Shown: in pieces, positions 52,774-63,254 of the stretch
Layout: every line of letters starts with the position of its first letter
How positions within the stretch are numbered: the stretch's first letter is position 1
Source: Octopus sinensis
Taxonomy: Eukaryota
DNA: 64,000 nt
NCBI RefSeq assembly: GCF_006345805.1
Contig: NC_042999.1
Coordinates: 27,962,001-28,026,000 of the forward strand
Direction of reading: 5' to 3'
Notes under the pieces: model-generated
Databases searched by the model: none
What the model saw: the letters and a program-made list of their open reading frames with translations, nothing else
Told to the model about the DNA's origin: nothing
Position numbers and translations under genes: made by a program

Positions 52774-53097
52774 TACCTAAATAATATTATAAAAGTCATA
52801 TACAAGTCACAAACAAAAATATTGTTGATGTATATATCTAGTAGTCAAAATTCAAATTTGCGAAGTAATGTCAACAGTGATCAAATTGTCCATGTCTGCT
52901 GCAGAAAGGCAGTAATTCACACTGACATCACTTCAACATGAAGAGGAAGCTATGAAGGTTTGAAAACTTCTGTGATTTAATTACTTTATCCATCCAAACA
53001 AACTTCAACAAACTTCTGCAGAAGTATGGAAAAACAGTGCCTGAGAAAGAAACATAACCAAATTGACAAAAAAACATAACAAAAGCTTCTTTCTTCT

Positions 53098-53262
53098 TTA
53101 TCGGCTCAGTCGAAGTCAACTCTTGGTTACTCGATGGATCAGTGTCTTCCAGTCAGTTCTATCCTGGGCTGCTTCTTTCAGACTGGCTATGTCCATTCCG
53201 GTATCACTCTTGATGGTGTCAAGCCAGTGGGTTCTTGGTCGGCCTCTTCCTCTCTTAAAGCA
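53098..53262 (-). mobile_element. RTE (BovB-like) LINE 3' end, same family as 50345
   Basis: KRGRGRPRTHWLDTIKSDTGMDIASLKEAAQDRTDWKTLIHRVTKS. Confidence 0.85.
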
Positions 53263-53744
53263 ATGTTCCACATATATACATGTATGGCCATCTTTTGGGT
53301 TCAAGAAAGAAGGTATGTAATTTCTTACCGGACACCCTACATAGATGAGTCGTTTATAGTGATCAAATGCCCGTGCTGAACAATAGCTCACTCTCTCCAT
53401 TAAATTGGCATTACCTGTACAGGTGCACAGTGTGTTATACATCTGATGTTAAATTAATTGCAGAGCAATGTGAGGTGAGGATTTTGCTCTAGAAGACAAT
53501 GCAAAGTTCGGTTTGGAAATTGAACCCACAATTTCGTGATCTTGAATGCAACTCCAAACCACTAGGCCATATACACTCATTCATATGTACATACATACAT
53601 ACATACATACAAATATATATGCATTTATGATGGCTGTCTACTCGTTAAACAAGCATGACCATTACTGACAGGTGTCATCAATGCCTGTGCAAGGGTTTTA
53701 AGTATGGTTTGCACACCATCACAAAAACTCTCACTAGCAATACC

Positions 53745-53959
53745 TATTTCTTTACTACCCACAAGGGGACAAACACGGACAGACAAACGGATTGAGTCAA
53801 TTATATTGACCCCATGCGTAACTAGTACTTATTTAATCGACCCCGAAAGGATGTAAGGCAAAGTCGACATCAGCGGAATTTGAACTCAGAACATAGTGGC
53901 AGACGAAATACCGCTAAGCATTTCACCCGGCGCGCTAACGTTCCTACCAGCTCACCGCC
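53745..53959 (-). mobile_element. Family B SINE, joined to the 3' end of a U6 copy
   Basis: Head GGCGGTGAGCTGG at 53959, tail AAAGAAATAG near 53745. Confidence 0.88.
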
Positions 53960-53964
53960 ATTTG

Positions 53965-54054
53965 AAAATATGGAACCCTTCACGAATTTGCGTGTCATCC
54001 TTGCTCAGGGGCCATGCTAATCTCTGTATAGTATATGTATTGCTGAAGCAATAC
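53965..54054 (-). pseudogene. U6: U6 snRNA pseudogene/retrocopy (near full length, two internal deletions)
   Basis: Minus strand GTATTGCTTCAGCAATACATATACT[AAAATTGGAACG absent]ATACAGAG[AAG absent]ATTAGCATGGCCCCTGAGCAAGGATGACACGCAAATTCGTGAAGGGTTCCATATTTT vs conserved metazoan U6; no TATA about 30 nt upstream. Confidence 0.93.
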
Positions 54055-54832
54055 CGTGAAGCCCAGAGCCAAGCAAATTGCAAGATAGTTGGTTAAGTAG
54101 AGCAGTGGGTTTTATATATGAATTGGTCTTTTTCTAGACGGATGCCTTAACAAAGATAAGGGCGTTTTACACACCCAATGGGATTACTGCACCCTTGGAC
54201 ACCAACCTGAGTATTTCTACATCCTGTCGCTCATATGCTAGTTAGCCCATAGCTTGGATCCTGACAGTTGCTACAGCTCTGGGTCAGAGGAATAGTACTA
54301 CCTGTCAAGTACATATATTGATTATGTGCGGATGATAATGGTTACAACGCTGCTTTTAAATTATTACTGAATTTAATCTTAAGATTATGCATCACTGTGG
54401 CATACCAGCAAAGAGTTCTTGCACTGTTAATATATAGTCACAGACTGGCGATTCAATTCCTTTCCAGTTCAATTAAAGTACATGAAGTTGATAAACCACA
54501 AAAATAGTGAAATATCCATCATTCCAGAATTCGATCGGAAGCGATTTGTCTCACCTGTTTATGACTTTCAGGTATTTTAGTATCCAGCACTATGAAAGAG
54601 TTGTCCTCCAAGTTCTATTCCATAGCAAACCATTGAGCAAACAAAACGCATACATTAAGTCTGTGCAATCAATAACCTATATATACATGTATATGTATAC
54701 ACACACATGCATACATATATGTGTATGTATGTATGAATGTATTTATGTATGTACGTGTGTGCATAAATATATGTGTGTGTGTGTGTGTGTGTGCACGTGC
54801 ATGTGTGTGTATATATATATATAGTTCATCCA

Positions 54833-55032
54833 AACAAGAAAACACAAAAAAAAAACACAGCAACGCGAGGACGTGGAACAAATAAAGTATTATTGGACGC
54901 TCAGGAAAGAAGGGAAGAAGGAGGGTTTAACGTTTCGAGCGGAGCTCTTCGTCGGAAACATAGGAGAAGGAAAGATCCAGAGAAGGGATGACGGAGGGAA
55001 AAAAATCGCTGGCGGTGCTCACGAGGTCACAA
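54833..55032 (-). mobile_element. Penelope-like terminal-repeat fragment with minimal hammerhead motif
   Basis: Contains GTTT CCGACGA A GAGC TCC GCTC GAAA CGTT AAAC at 54959-54925; homolog at 29622-29830. Confidence 0.55.
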
Positions 55033-55191
55033 TATAGGATATAATTATTACTATAGTGTAAAGAATTCAGCCCGACTTTTTACCTCCTTTTGTATATAGT
55101 GAAAGAATCTATACACAGTCCAGAACTGCAAAGAATAGTTCCTTAAATCACAAAATGCAGCCTCAGATAAGGAAGGATACATTGGTGCATG

Positions 55192-55608
55192 GGATCTTTT
55201 CGGTTTGAACGGCAGTTTTTTCTAGCGGTGTCATATGAAATTGTCACCCATAATTATGACCCTAGAATCGATCTATTGCATTTCAATCTCTTTTAGGGTT
55301 AGGGTTAGGGGTGGGGGAAGGGTATTTTTTTACTTCACAAATGTAAATAAACCCAATCTGTTTCTTAAACGAGGGACATATTCATACGGAACAGAATGTT
55401 GTATACCTCAATAGACGTCAGTGATTGGTTGAAATTACAGAAATTGAAGAAAAAAAACCCAACAAATATCTTACAAACTATAGAATTTTCTCAATAAAGC
55501 CAAGAGAAAAAGATGTTTTATAAACACATTCTACCAGTATACGAAGTTTAAAAGTGTTTAGTTACCTAGAAATTATGTTAAAAACTGCCGTTCAAACCGA
55601 AAAGATCC
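55192..55608. mobile_element. Family G MITE, complete
   Basis: Both TIRs and TTAGGG tract; an internally deleted copy lies at 57336-57514. Confidence 0.88.
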
Positions 55609-55894
55609 CTATATTATACAATTGGTTTCTTTTTATACAGTACTGTAGTATGTAGGCCGAAAGAGTTTCGTTAGTATTTCTAGCAGGGTGAGCGATACGT
55701 AAACAATGCATAGATAAAATCTAGGGGAGATAAATCTCAGAAATTTACACAGGGGAAACAACTCTTCCAGCCAAATTTAAATATTTATGCTAAAAATATT
55801 TTAGTGACAAATGCAATTGACTCGATTGACTGCTATTTCGCTAACACGAATCTCATGGGGCATTCATGGGAAAGCATCCTTTTATTTATTTACT

Positions 55895-56083
55895 CTTTTT
55901 CAGTCATTTAACTGCGGCCATGCTGGAGCACCGACTTTAGTCAAGCAAATCGACCCCGGGACTTATTCTTTGTAAGCCCAGTACTTATTCTATCGGTCTC
56001 TTTTGCCGAACCGCTAAGTTACGGGGACGTAAACACACCAGCATCGGTTGTCAAGCAATGCTAGGGAGACAAACACAGACACA

Positions 56084-56157
<74 letters not shown>

Positions 56158-56321
56158 CGACAGGCTTCTTTCAGTTTCCGTCTACCAAATCCACTCACAA
56201 GGCATTGGTCGGTCCGGGGCTATAGCAGAAGACACTTGCCCAAGATGCCACGCAGTGGGACTGAACCCGGAACCATGTGGTTGGTTAGCAAGCTACTTAC
56301 CACACAGCAACTCCTGCGCCT
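55895..56321 (-). mobile_element. Family A SINE, full length
   Basis: Tail through CTCCTGCGCCT head. Confidence 0.85.
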
Positions 56322-56976
56322 ATTTATTTATTTATTTATTTATTTATCTATTCATTCATTCATTCATTTGTTTATATATTTGTATATGGTATTTTCACCG
56401 ATGAATTGTCATTACTCTATTATTTAAACAAAATAATTTGTCTCCTCGTACCAAGAATATTGGCTGTCAAATAACACTAATACGATCTTTGTTCTTAGAT
56501 AGTAACTTTTAGTTCCCATTTGTTTACCCCTAGAAAGCATGAAAAATGGCTAATATTTCCTTCAAAATTTGCTTTAGTTGCATTTATTCAAACCCGAAAG
56601 ACTCCCTTTCAGCACATGGCTATGATGCTCCTCCTGCTTCCCATCAGAGATACACATATTGTAAGCCACTAAGGAACATGCTTGAGTGGTCAAGGTCAAG
56701 CAACTGATAAGCAAATCTGTGGTATTGAACAGAATATTTGTTATAATGATATTTCTACTTCAGCAACTCAGCACTGAATGTGTATGAAATGTAATGGAAA
56801 ATAGATCAGTTTCAAAACATTGATGTTCCAGGTCACAAAAGCAAAGTTTGAAGGGAATTGTAGTATTTTTCCTTTGATTTCTAGACAGACGCAAATAGAA
56901 AATGATACTTACTGACCAAAGGTATAAAAAATGCTACATAGTGTAATCCAGTCAATTTTACAGTTATCACCACTGC

Positions 56977-57198
56977 TACAAGGGAGTGGTGAAAAGTTCC
57001 TGGCTTTAAGGGTGACGTGAAAGGCCTGGTCGGAGGACCGACATTCCGAATTCTTTTACAGGGCCTGGAAAAAACCAAAGGACCGCTGCAATAAATGTGT
57101 GAATCTGAGAGGGGAATATATTGCATAAAATCATAATTAAATTATGCTCCTGTATTTTCTTTTACCGAAAGCCAGAAACTTTTCAGTACCCCTACGTA
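56977..57198 (+). mobile_element. Mariner-derived MITE
   Basis: TA-flanked imperfect TIRs (GAAAAGTTCCTGGCTTT / AAAGCCAGAAACTTTTC); retains transposase terminus QGLEKTKDRCNKCVNLRGEYIA*. Confidence 0.75.
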
Positions 57199-58291
57199 TA
57201 TTGTAGTATTTTGCTTTCAGATTAGCCAGTCAATTTAATTTCTGCTATCACTGATTCGGTGTCTGATTATCATTGTACAACACATGCGTTAGTCATCAGC
57301 TGCATTCCCTTATGACTCAGGAAATAAGAAAAGACGGATCTTTTCGGTTTGAACGGCAGTTTTTAACATAATTTCTAGGTAACTAAAAAATTTTTAACTT
57401 CGTATACTGGTAGAATGTGTTTATAAAACATCTTTTTCTGTTGGCTTTATTGAGAAAATTCTATAGTTTTTAAGATATTTGGTCTTTAATTTTTTTGCAT
57501 TTCGGCAAGGATCCAGTTAGCTCAAGACATCATCAGGAGGAACCACGTCCGGTTTCGGCCCCTACTCCTCTACCGTTTTGACGTGGCGGGGCTCCCACTT
57601 CGGAGGTGTCTTCAGCTCTGGTGTTGGGTTCATGTCTTCTTTCTTCTTCTTTCTTCTGTTCCCTGCCCTCTTCGATGTATCGTCAGCGAGTGTCAGCCTG
57701 TGACTGGCTGAATAGTCAAGCTTTTCCCTTTAAATACCTGCCGCTAGGCTCCAGCAGGCAACCCCAACAAGTTGGTTAAACTCCTCTTTACTCCATCTTG
57801 GTTAAACTCCTCTTTACTTCAGATTTTCCTCTAGAAGGGGTCTGTCTTCTCATGAAAGATGTTTGCTCATCCTCTCATGTCTCTATATACTGCTGCCTGG
57901 TTTCGGTTAAATTTTTTGTTTGTTATTCTTCTTTCGGTTATTCTCTTCTGGTATTAAAGTTTTTCACTCACAGATTTTAGCTCCTAGTTGAGGACAGTCA
58001 GTTTTCAAGTGAATGTCTTCTTTTTGCTGTCTCAAACATCATTTCTATCTCCTTTACTTTCTGTTGGTGTGACGTATAGTGACTTGCTTTTTAGCTCGCA
58101 TTAAGCATCATTAGATCACTGATGGTCTTCCGTAAACCAGTTACCTTTTTCTCTGTCTTCAAAACCCATGAGGGAGTTCTTTCTTTGTTGTTTCGGTTTT
58201 GTTTACTTTTTGATTGTCATTCATGTATTGCTTTGCAATCGTAGCCAGAGCATATAGACAGGTGTTAACCTGCCAGAATGTGGGTTCATGT

Positions 58292-58521
58292 GGCGGTGAG
58301 CTGGCAGAAACGTTAGCACGCCGGGCAAAATGCTTAGCGGTATTTCGTCTGCCCCTACGTTCTGAGTTCAAATTCCGCCGAGGTCGACTTTGCCTTTCAT
58401 CCTTTCGGGGTCGATAAATTAAGTACCAGTTAAGCACTGGGATCGATATAATCGGCATAATCCGTTTGTCTGTCCTTGTTTGTCCCCTCTATGTTTAGCC
58501 CTTGTGGGTAATAAAGAAATA
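58292..58521 (+). mobile_element. Family B SINE with 15-bp TSD
   Basis: AGAATGTGGGTTCAT at 58275-58289 and 58522-58536. Confidence 0.88.
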
Positions 58522-58709
58522 AGAATGTGGGTTCATCACTCTATTGTAAATACTCATCACCGATTTTGTTAACTGCTTTAAATACCGTATTTGGTTGTTT
58601 TTACTTACTTTGGTAGAGAGTACTCTCTCCTCGAGAGAGTACTTCAAAACCAAAGTTATTTTTTTCTCTGAAAATTTCAGTAAGGGCACATTTCACCGGT
58701 ATATAATCC

Positions 58710-58944
58710 TGGCTACTACTACTACTACCACCACCACCACCACCACCACCACCACCACCACCACCACCCACCACCACCACCACCACCACCACACCACCAA
58801 CATCACCACCACCACACTACTATACTACTACTACTACTACTACTACACTACTACTACTACTATACTACTACCACCACCACCACCACCACCACCACCACCA
58901 CCACCACCACCACCACCAACATCACCACCACCACCACCAACATC

Positions 58945-58987
<43 letters not shown>

Positions 58988-59055
58988 TTACTACCACCAC
59001 CACCACCACCACCACCACCACCAACATCACCACCACCACCACCAACATCACCACC

Positions 59056-59105
<50 letters not shown>

Positions 59106-59147
59106 CACCACCACCACCACCACCACATCACCACCACCACCACCACC

Positions 59148-59208
<61 letters not shown>

Positions 59209-59250
59209 TTACTACCACCACCACCACCACCACCACCAAAACCACCACCA
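58710..59250. repeat. Compound (CCA)n/(CTA)n microsatellite
   Basis: Direct reading; the 228-aa and 171-aa ORFs here are homopolymer artefacts. Confidence 0.95.
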
Positions 59251-59958
59251 CCAGAGATGGTATTCATCGTATTTTCTATAAATAGTATCCCACGCCAGAT
59301 ATATCTGTGTGTGTGCTTGGGTGCACGGGTGTGTGAGTTTGTGTGTGTATCTATGTGACGACACCCATCAGTCATCGTTGTACTTCGTCAAAATTCTGAT
59401 TACCCTAAGCATACCATAATGTGTTCTAAGGGAAGCAACCCCTTTTTAGGGGGGAACAACTGAAGCTATTTAACGTATCCTTATTGTTCAGTAAATTTAT
59501 TACTGCAGTCAAACGATTTGTAAGTTGGAAGTAGCAGTTAAGTTCCCTTAAATAGCACGCCATCATGTTTTTTTTTTAAAAAAAAGGAAGGTGGCTCTAG
59601 ATGATGTGGTCATTGACAAAACTAAAGAAATGGCTAAAAAGTCATTGTTCATAGGTGTTCAATAAGAGTTGATCTGGGATTAAAAAACAACATCAAAGTT
59701 CTGTGAACTTTACATGATCGATTGATTTGTTAGAAATTACAGCAAAATCTCCTTCAAACCATCTTTTATCGTCTTTTGAAAAGATGGACATATTGTTTTT
59801 ATCGAGTCCGAAGCGATGAGAGGCAAATTCGATCTCAGAACGTAAGGGGCCAGAAGAAATGCCGCTAAGCATTTTATCTGTCGGCTTAAGGATTGTGCCA
59901 ACTCACCACTTTGTCCAAAATACGGTACTATATATATATATGTATATATATCTATGTA

Positions 59959-60073
<115 letters not shown>

Positions 60074-60726
60074 ATGCAAAAGACAATAATATATTCCTAT
60101 AGTGATTAATTAATTCTGCTTCTGATCAGATTGTATTTTAATAATAGAATCACTCATCTCTTTCAATAATTTAGTAAAGTAATTTTAACATCTATTATCA
60201 ATAGGGCTTAGAAAGCAGAGAGCTGGTTCAATCGTTACCGCACCGGAGAAAATGCTCTGCGGAGTTTCTTCTGGCACCTTATGGTCTGAATTCAAATTCC
60301 AGCGAGGTTGGCTTTACCTTCCATCCTTTCGGGGTCGATAAAATCAGTTAAGTACTAGGGTAGCTGTAATTGACTAATCTCCTCTACCATTCCTTTAGTG
60401 GAAAATATTATTTATAGCGTGCGGATAATGATGGCGAACTAACGGTACAGATGACAAAAGCGACACTATGTTTCCAGGAGATTGAAAGTGGATATGGAAA
60501 AAGAAGAAAAACATTTTCCCTGCTAAATCATATCATAGAAAGTTAATTTAGAAGCCTATATGTACACTTGAAATACGTAACAGATGTAACATTTCAATAA
60601 CAGAATTACTAAATAAGTCAAAATTTCGAGAAAAACTGAAAAATCAAAATTCGATATAGTCGTGTATGTTAGGCTCGTCATCACTAATTTAATATAAATC
60701 TCTCTTCCTCTGTCTCTGTCTCTCTA

Positions 60727-60805
<79 letters not shown>

Positions 60806-61631
60806 ATTAATACCTACTGCTTGTAGTTCATATGTCCCAAAAGAAGCGTAGTCTAAAGTATTTGAGCAGAATCAATCTATGACCGGGCATAACTTTTAAC
60901 TTTCTAAAAACTATATTAATATTTATATATTTTTATATCATATATATGCATATTAAATTATGTTCACTTATAAAGTGCAATAACTTGGTGTTTTGAATAA
61001 AATACAGAAATTCATCTAATGCATATGGGATGGATATGAAATGAAAGATATTTAAAACTCTATAAATTGTTAAGCATTACGATATTAGATATCGAAAGCT
61101 AATTACCTTTGGAGTTTAGAAAGTGCATTATGGTTGTGTGTGTGTGTGTGCGCGTGTGCATGTATATTTGTATGTGTGTATGTATCAGGTAGATGTTTAA
61201 TGAAAAGAATGCGAACTACTTTTCAATATACAAGGAACTTGAAATCAGTTTTGTGGTGGTGAATAACAATTCACGAGATTTATAGAAATCATTTCAGTTA
61301 CTGTCTTGCTTTATTTGTATGATATTGGAACTTCGAATAAACGAAAGATGTGCTTTGAGAGCAATCTGAACGGGCCTCTGCGTTTATGTTGTGCGTTACA
61401 ATGAAATTACGTGGGAAAGAATCACGGTGGATTAAATATGCGAAAAACCGTTTTAAAATATCTAGAAAATGTGGTAAAAAGCTTGCTTCCCAACCACATA
61501 ATTCCGGGTTCACTTCCAGTGCGTGGTACCTTGGACAAGTGCCTTTTACTATAGCCTCGTGCAGACCAAAACATTGCGAGTAGATTTGGTACACGGAAAC
61601 TGAAGGAAGACCGTCGTTTATATTTATGTAG

Positions 61632-62390
61632 CTATATCAAATCTCTGAGGGGGATGTAAGCAGTAGCAATACGGAATCGCATCATATAATTGCTGACTAA
61701 GTGTGGCGTCCTACGCGGGACAGTGCTACTGGAGTTTATAGCCCAGGAAGACATCTCTTTTAGCTGGCTATCGACACGCATTCCGTGTCCGATTAGTATT
61801 TTCAACGGAAGGTCATCGCTCCGTTCCCTAGCCTTACGTGATACACATAGACTCGAGTTTCTGGGTAGTTACCCGTCCTCAGCGTGTGTTAATCACCAGC
61901 TAGTGATGAAATCTCATCCCACTCGCAAAATACTATATGCTATTTCCAGCGACGAACCGTTGCTGCTCTCGATAAAGGAGGAATAAACTATATTAAATCT
62001 CTGAGCGAGATGTAAACAGTAGCAATACGGAATCGTAAGGTACAATTGCCAACCAAGTGTGGCGTCCTACACGGGACAGTGCTACTGGCGTTTATAGGCC
62101 CAGGAAGACATCTCTTCCAGCTGACTAACGACACATTCTGTGTCTGATTAGTATTTGCGAGGGGAGGTCATCACTCACATCCCTAGCCTGGACGGGTAAC
62201 CATTCAGAAACTCGAGTCCGTGTGTATCACGTAAAGCTAGGGAGTGATGACCTCCCCTCGCAAATATTAATCGGACACAGAATGTGTGTCGTTAAGCAGC
62301 TGGAAGAGATGTCTTTCTGGGGCTATAAACACCAGTTTCACTGTTGCGTATAGGATGCCACACTTGGTTGGTAATTATATGTTACAATAC
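61632..62390. mobile_element. ~356-bp tandem repeat carrying a type I hammerhead (candidate non-LTR retrozyme); third unit inverted
   Basis: Unit starts CTATAT.AAATCTCTGAG at 61632 and 61988; unit 2 breaks at 62188; 62190-62390 is the reverse complement of the unit. Confidence 0.75.
61843..61889 (-). ncRNA. Type I hammerhead ribozyme motif
   Basis: ACACACG-CUGAGGA-C GGGU aacu ACCC A-GAAA-CUCGAG-UC^-UAUGUGU: canonical CUGANGA/GAAA/UH core, 4-bp stem II, palindromic stem III, stem I with two substitutions. Confidence 0.8.
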
Positions 62391-62396
62391 ATATAT

Positions 62397-62755
62397 ACTC
62401 TTTTACTCTTTTATTTGTTTCAGTCAGTTGACTGTGGCCATGCTGGAGCACCGCATTTAGTCGAGGAAATCGACTTATTCTTTGTAAGCCTAGTACTGTT
62501 CTATCGGTCTCTTTTGCCGAACCGCTAAGTTACGGGTACGTAAACACACCAGCAAGCGATGTTGGGGGACAAACACAAACACATAAACACACACACACAT
62601 ATATGTATATATATATATATATATATACGACGGGCTTCATTCAGTTTCCGTCTACCAAGGCTATAGTAGAAGACACTTGCCCAAGGTGCCACGCAGTGGG
62701 AATGAACCTGGAACCATGTGGTTGGTAAGCAAGCTACTTACGACACAGCCACACT
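62397..62755 (-). mobile_element. Family A SINE with internal deletions
   Basis: Tail at 62397, head near 62755. Confidence 0.8.
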
Positions 62756-63111
62756 CCAGTGCTGTAGTTAACGCACACGAGTGAAAACATAACAAGGTCC
62801 TTTATTGTCCGAAAAATACCGACAGAGAATTCTTCAGACTAACGTCACTTTCGGTAATTTCCGTTGCTCGCTCGGTGTTCAGTTTTTTTTCCGGACCTGT
62901 TTGAAAAATAGGTTCGCAGAAAGTCGAACACCGAGAGGACTTAATTGATGAGGCAATGGAAAATGCCGAAACTGACGTCAGTCTGAAATATCTTCGGTCA
63001 GCATGTTCGTGCATATGTTTTCATTCATGTACCTTAACTACAGCATTAGAGCATTTTAGCTGTTATTTCTAGCAATGTAGGTGTTTTTTAACACTAGTCA
63101 CATTGTGAGAA

Positions 63112-63193
<82 letters not shown>

Positions 63194-63212
63194 TAATATA
63201 TATATAATATAT

Positions 63213-63249
<37 letters not shown>

Positions 63250-63254
<5 letters not shown>

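Noticed and set aside
57515-57620. Minus-strand GGCCGAAACCGG, CCTGATGA and CTGAAGA motifs
   Set aside because: Order and spacing fit no hammerhead topology; at most a scrambled Penelope-like relic.
58595-59375. Longest ORFs (228 aa and 171 aa), plus poly-V, poly-D and poly-L ORFs at 26079, 28287, 6329 and 43633
   Set aside because: Stop-free trinucleotide repeats with no protein-like composition or splice signals.
61900-62250. GTGATGA C-box-like motifs suggesting a snoRNA
   Set aside because: No properly placed CTGA D box or terminal stem; the motifs are explained by the retrozyme-like stem pairing.
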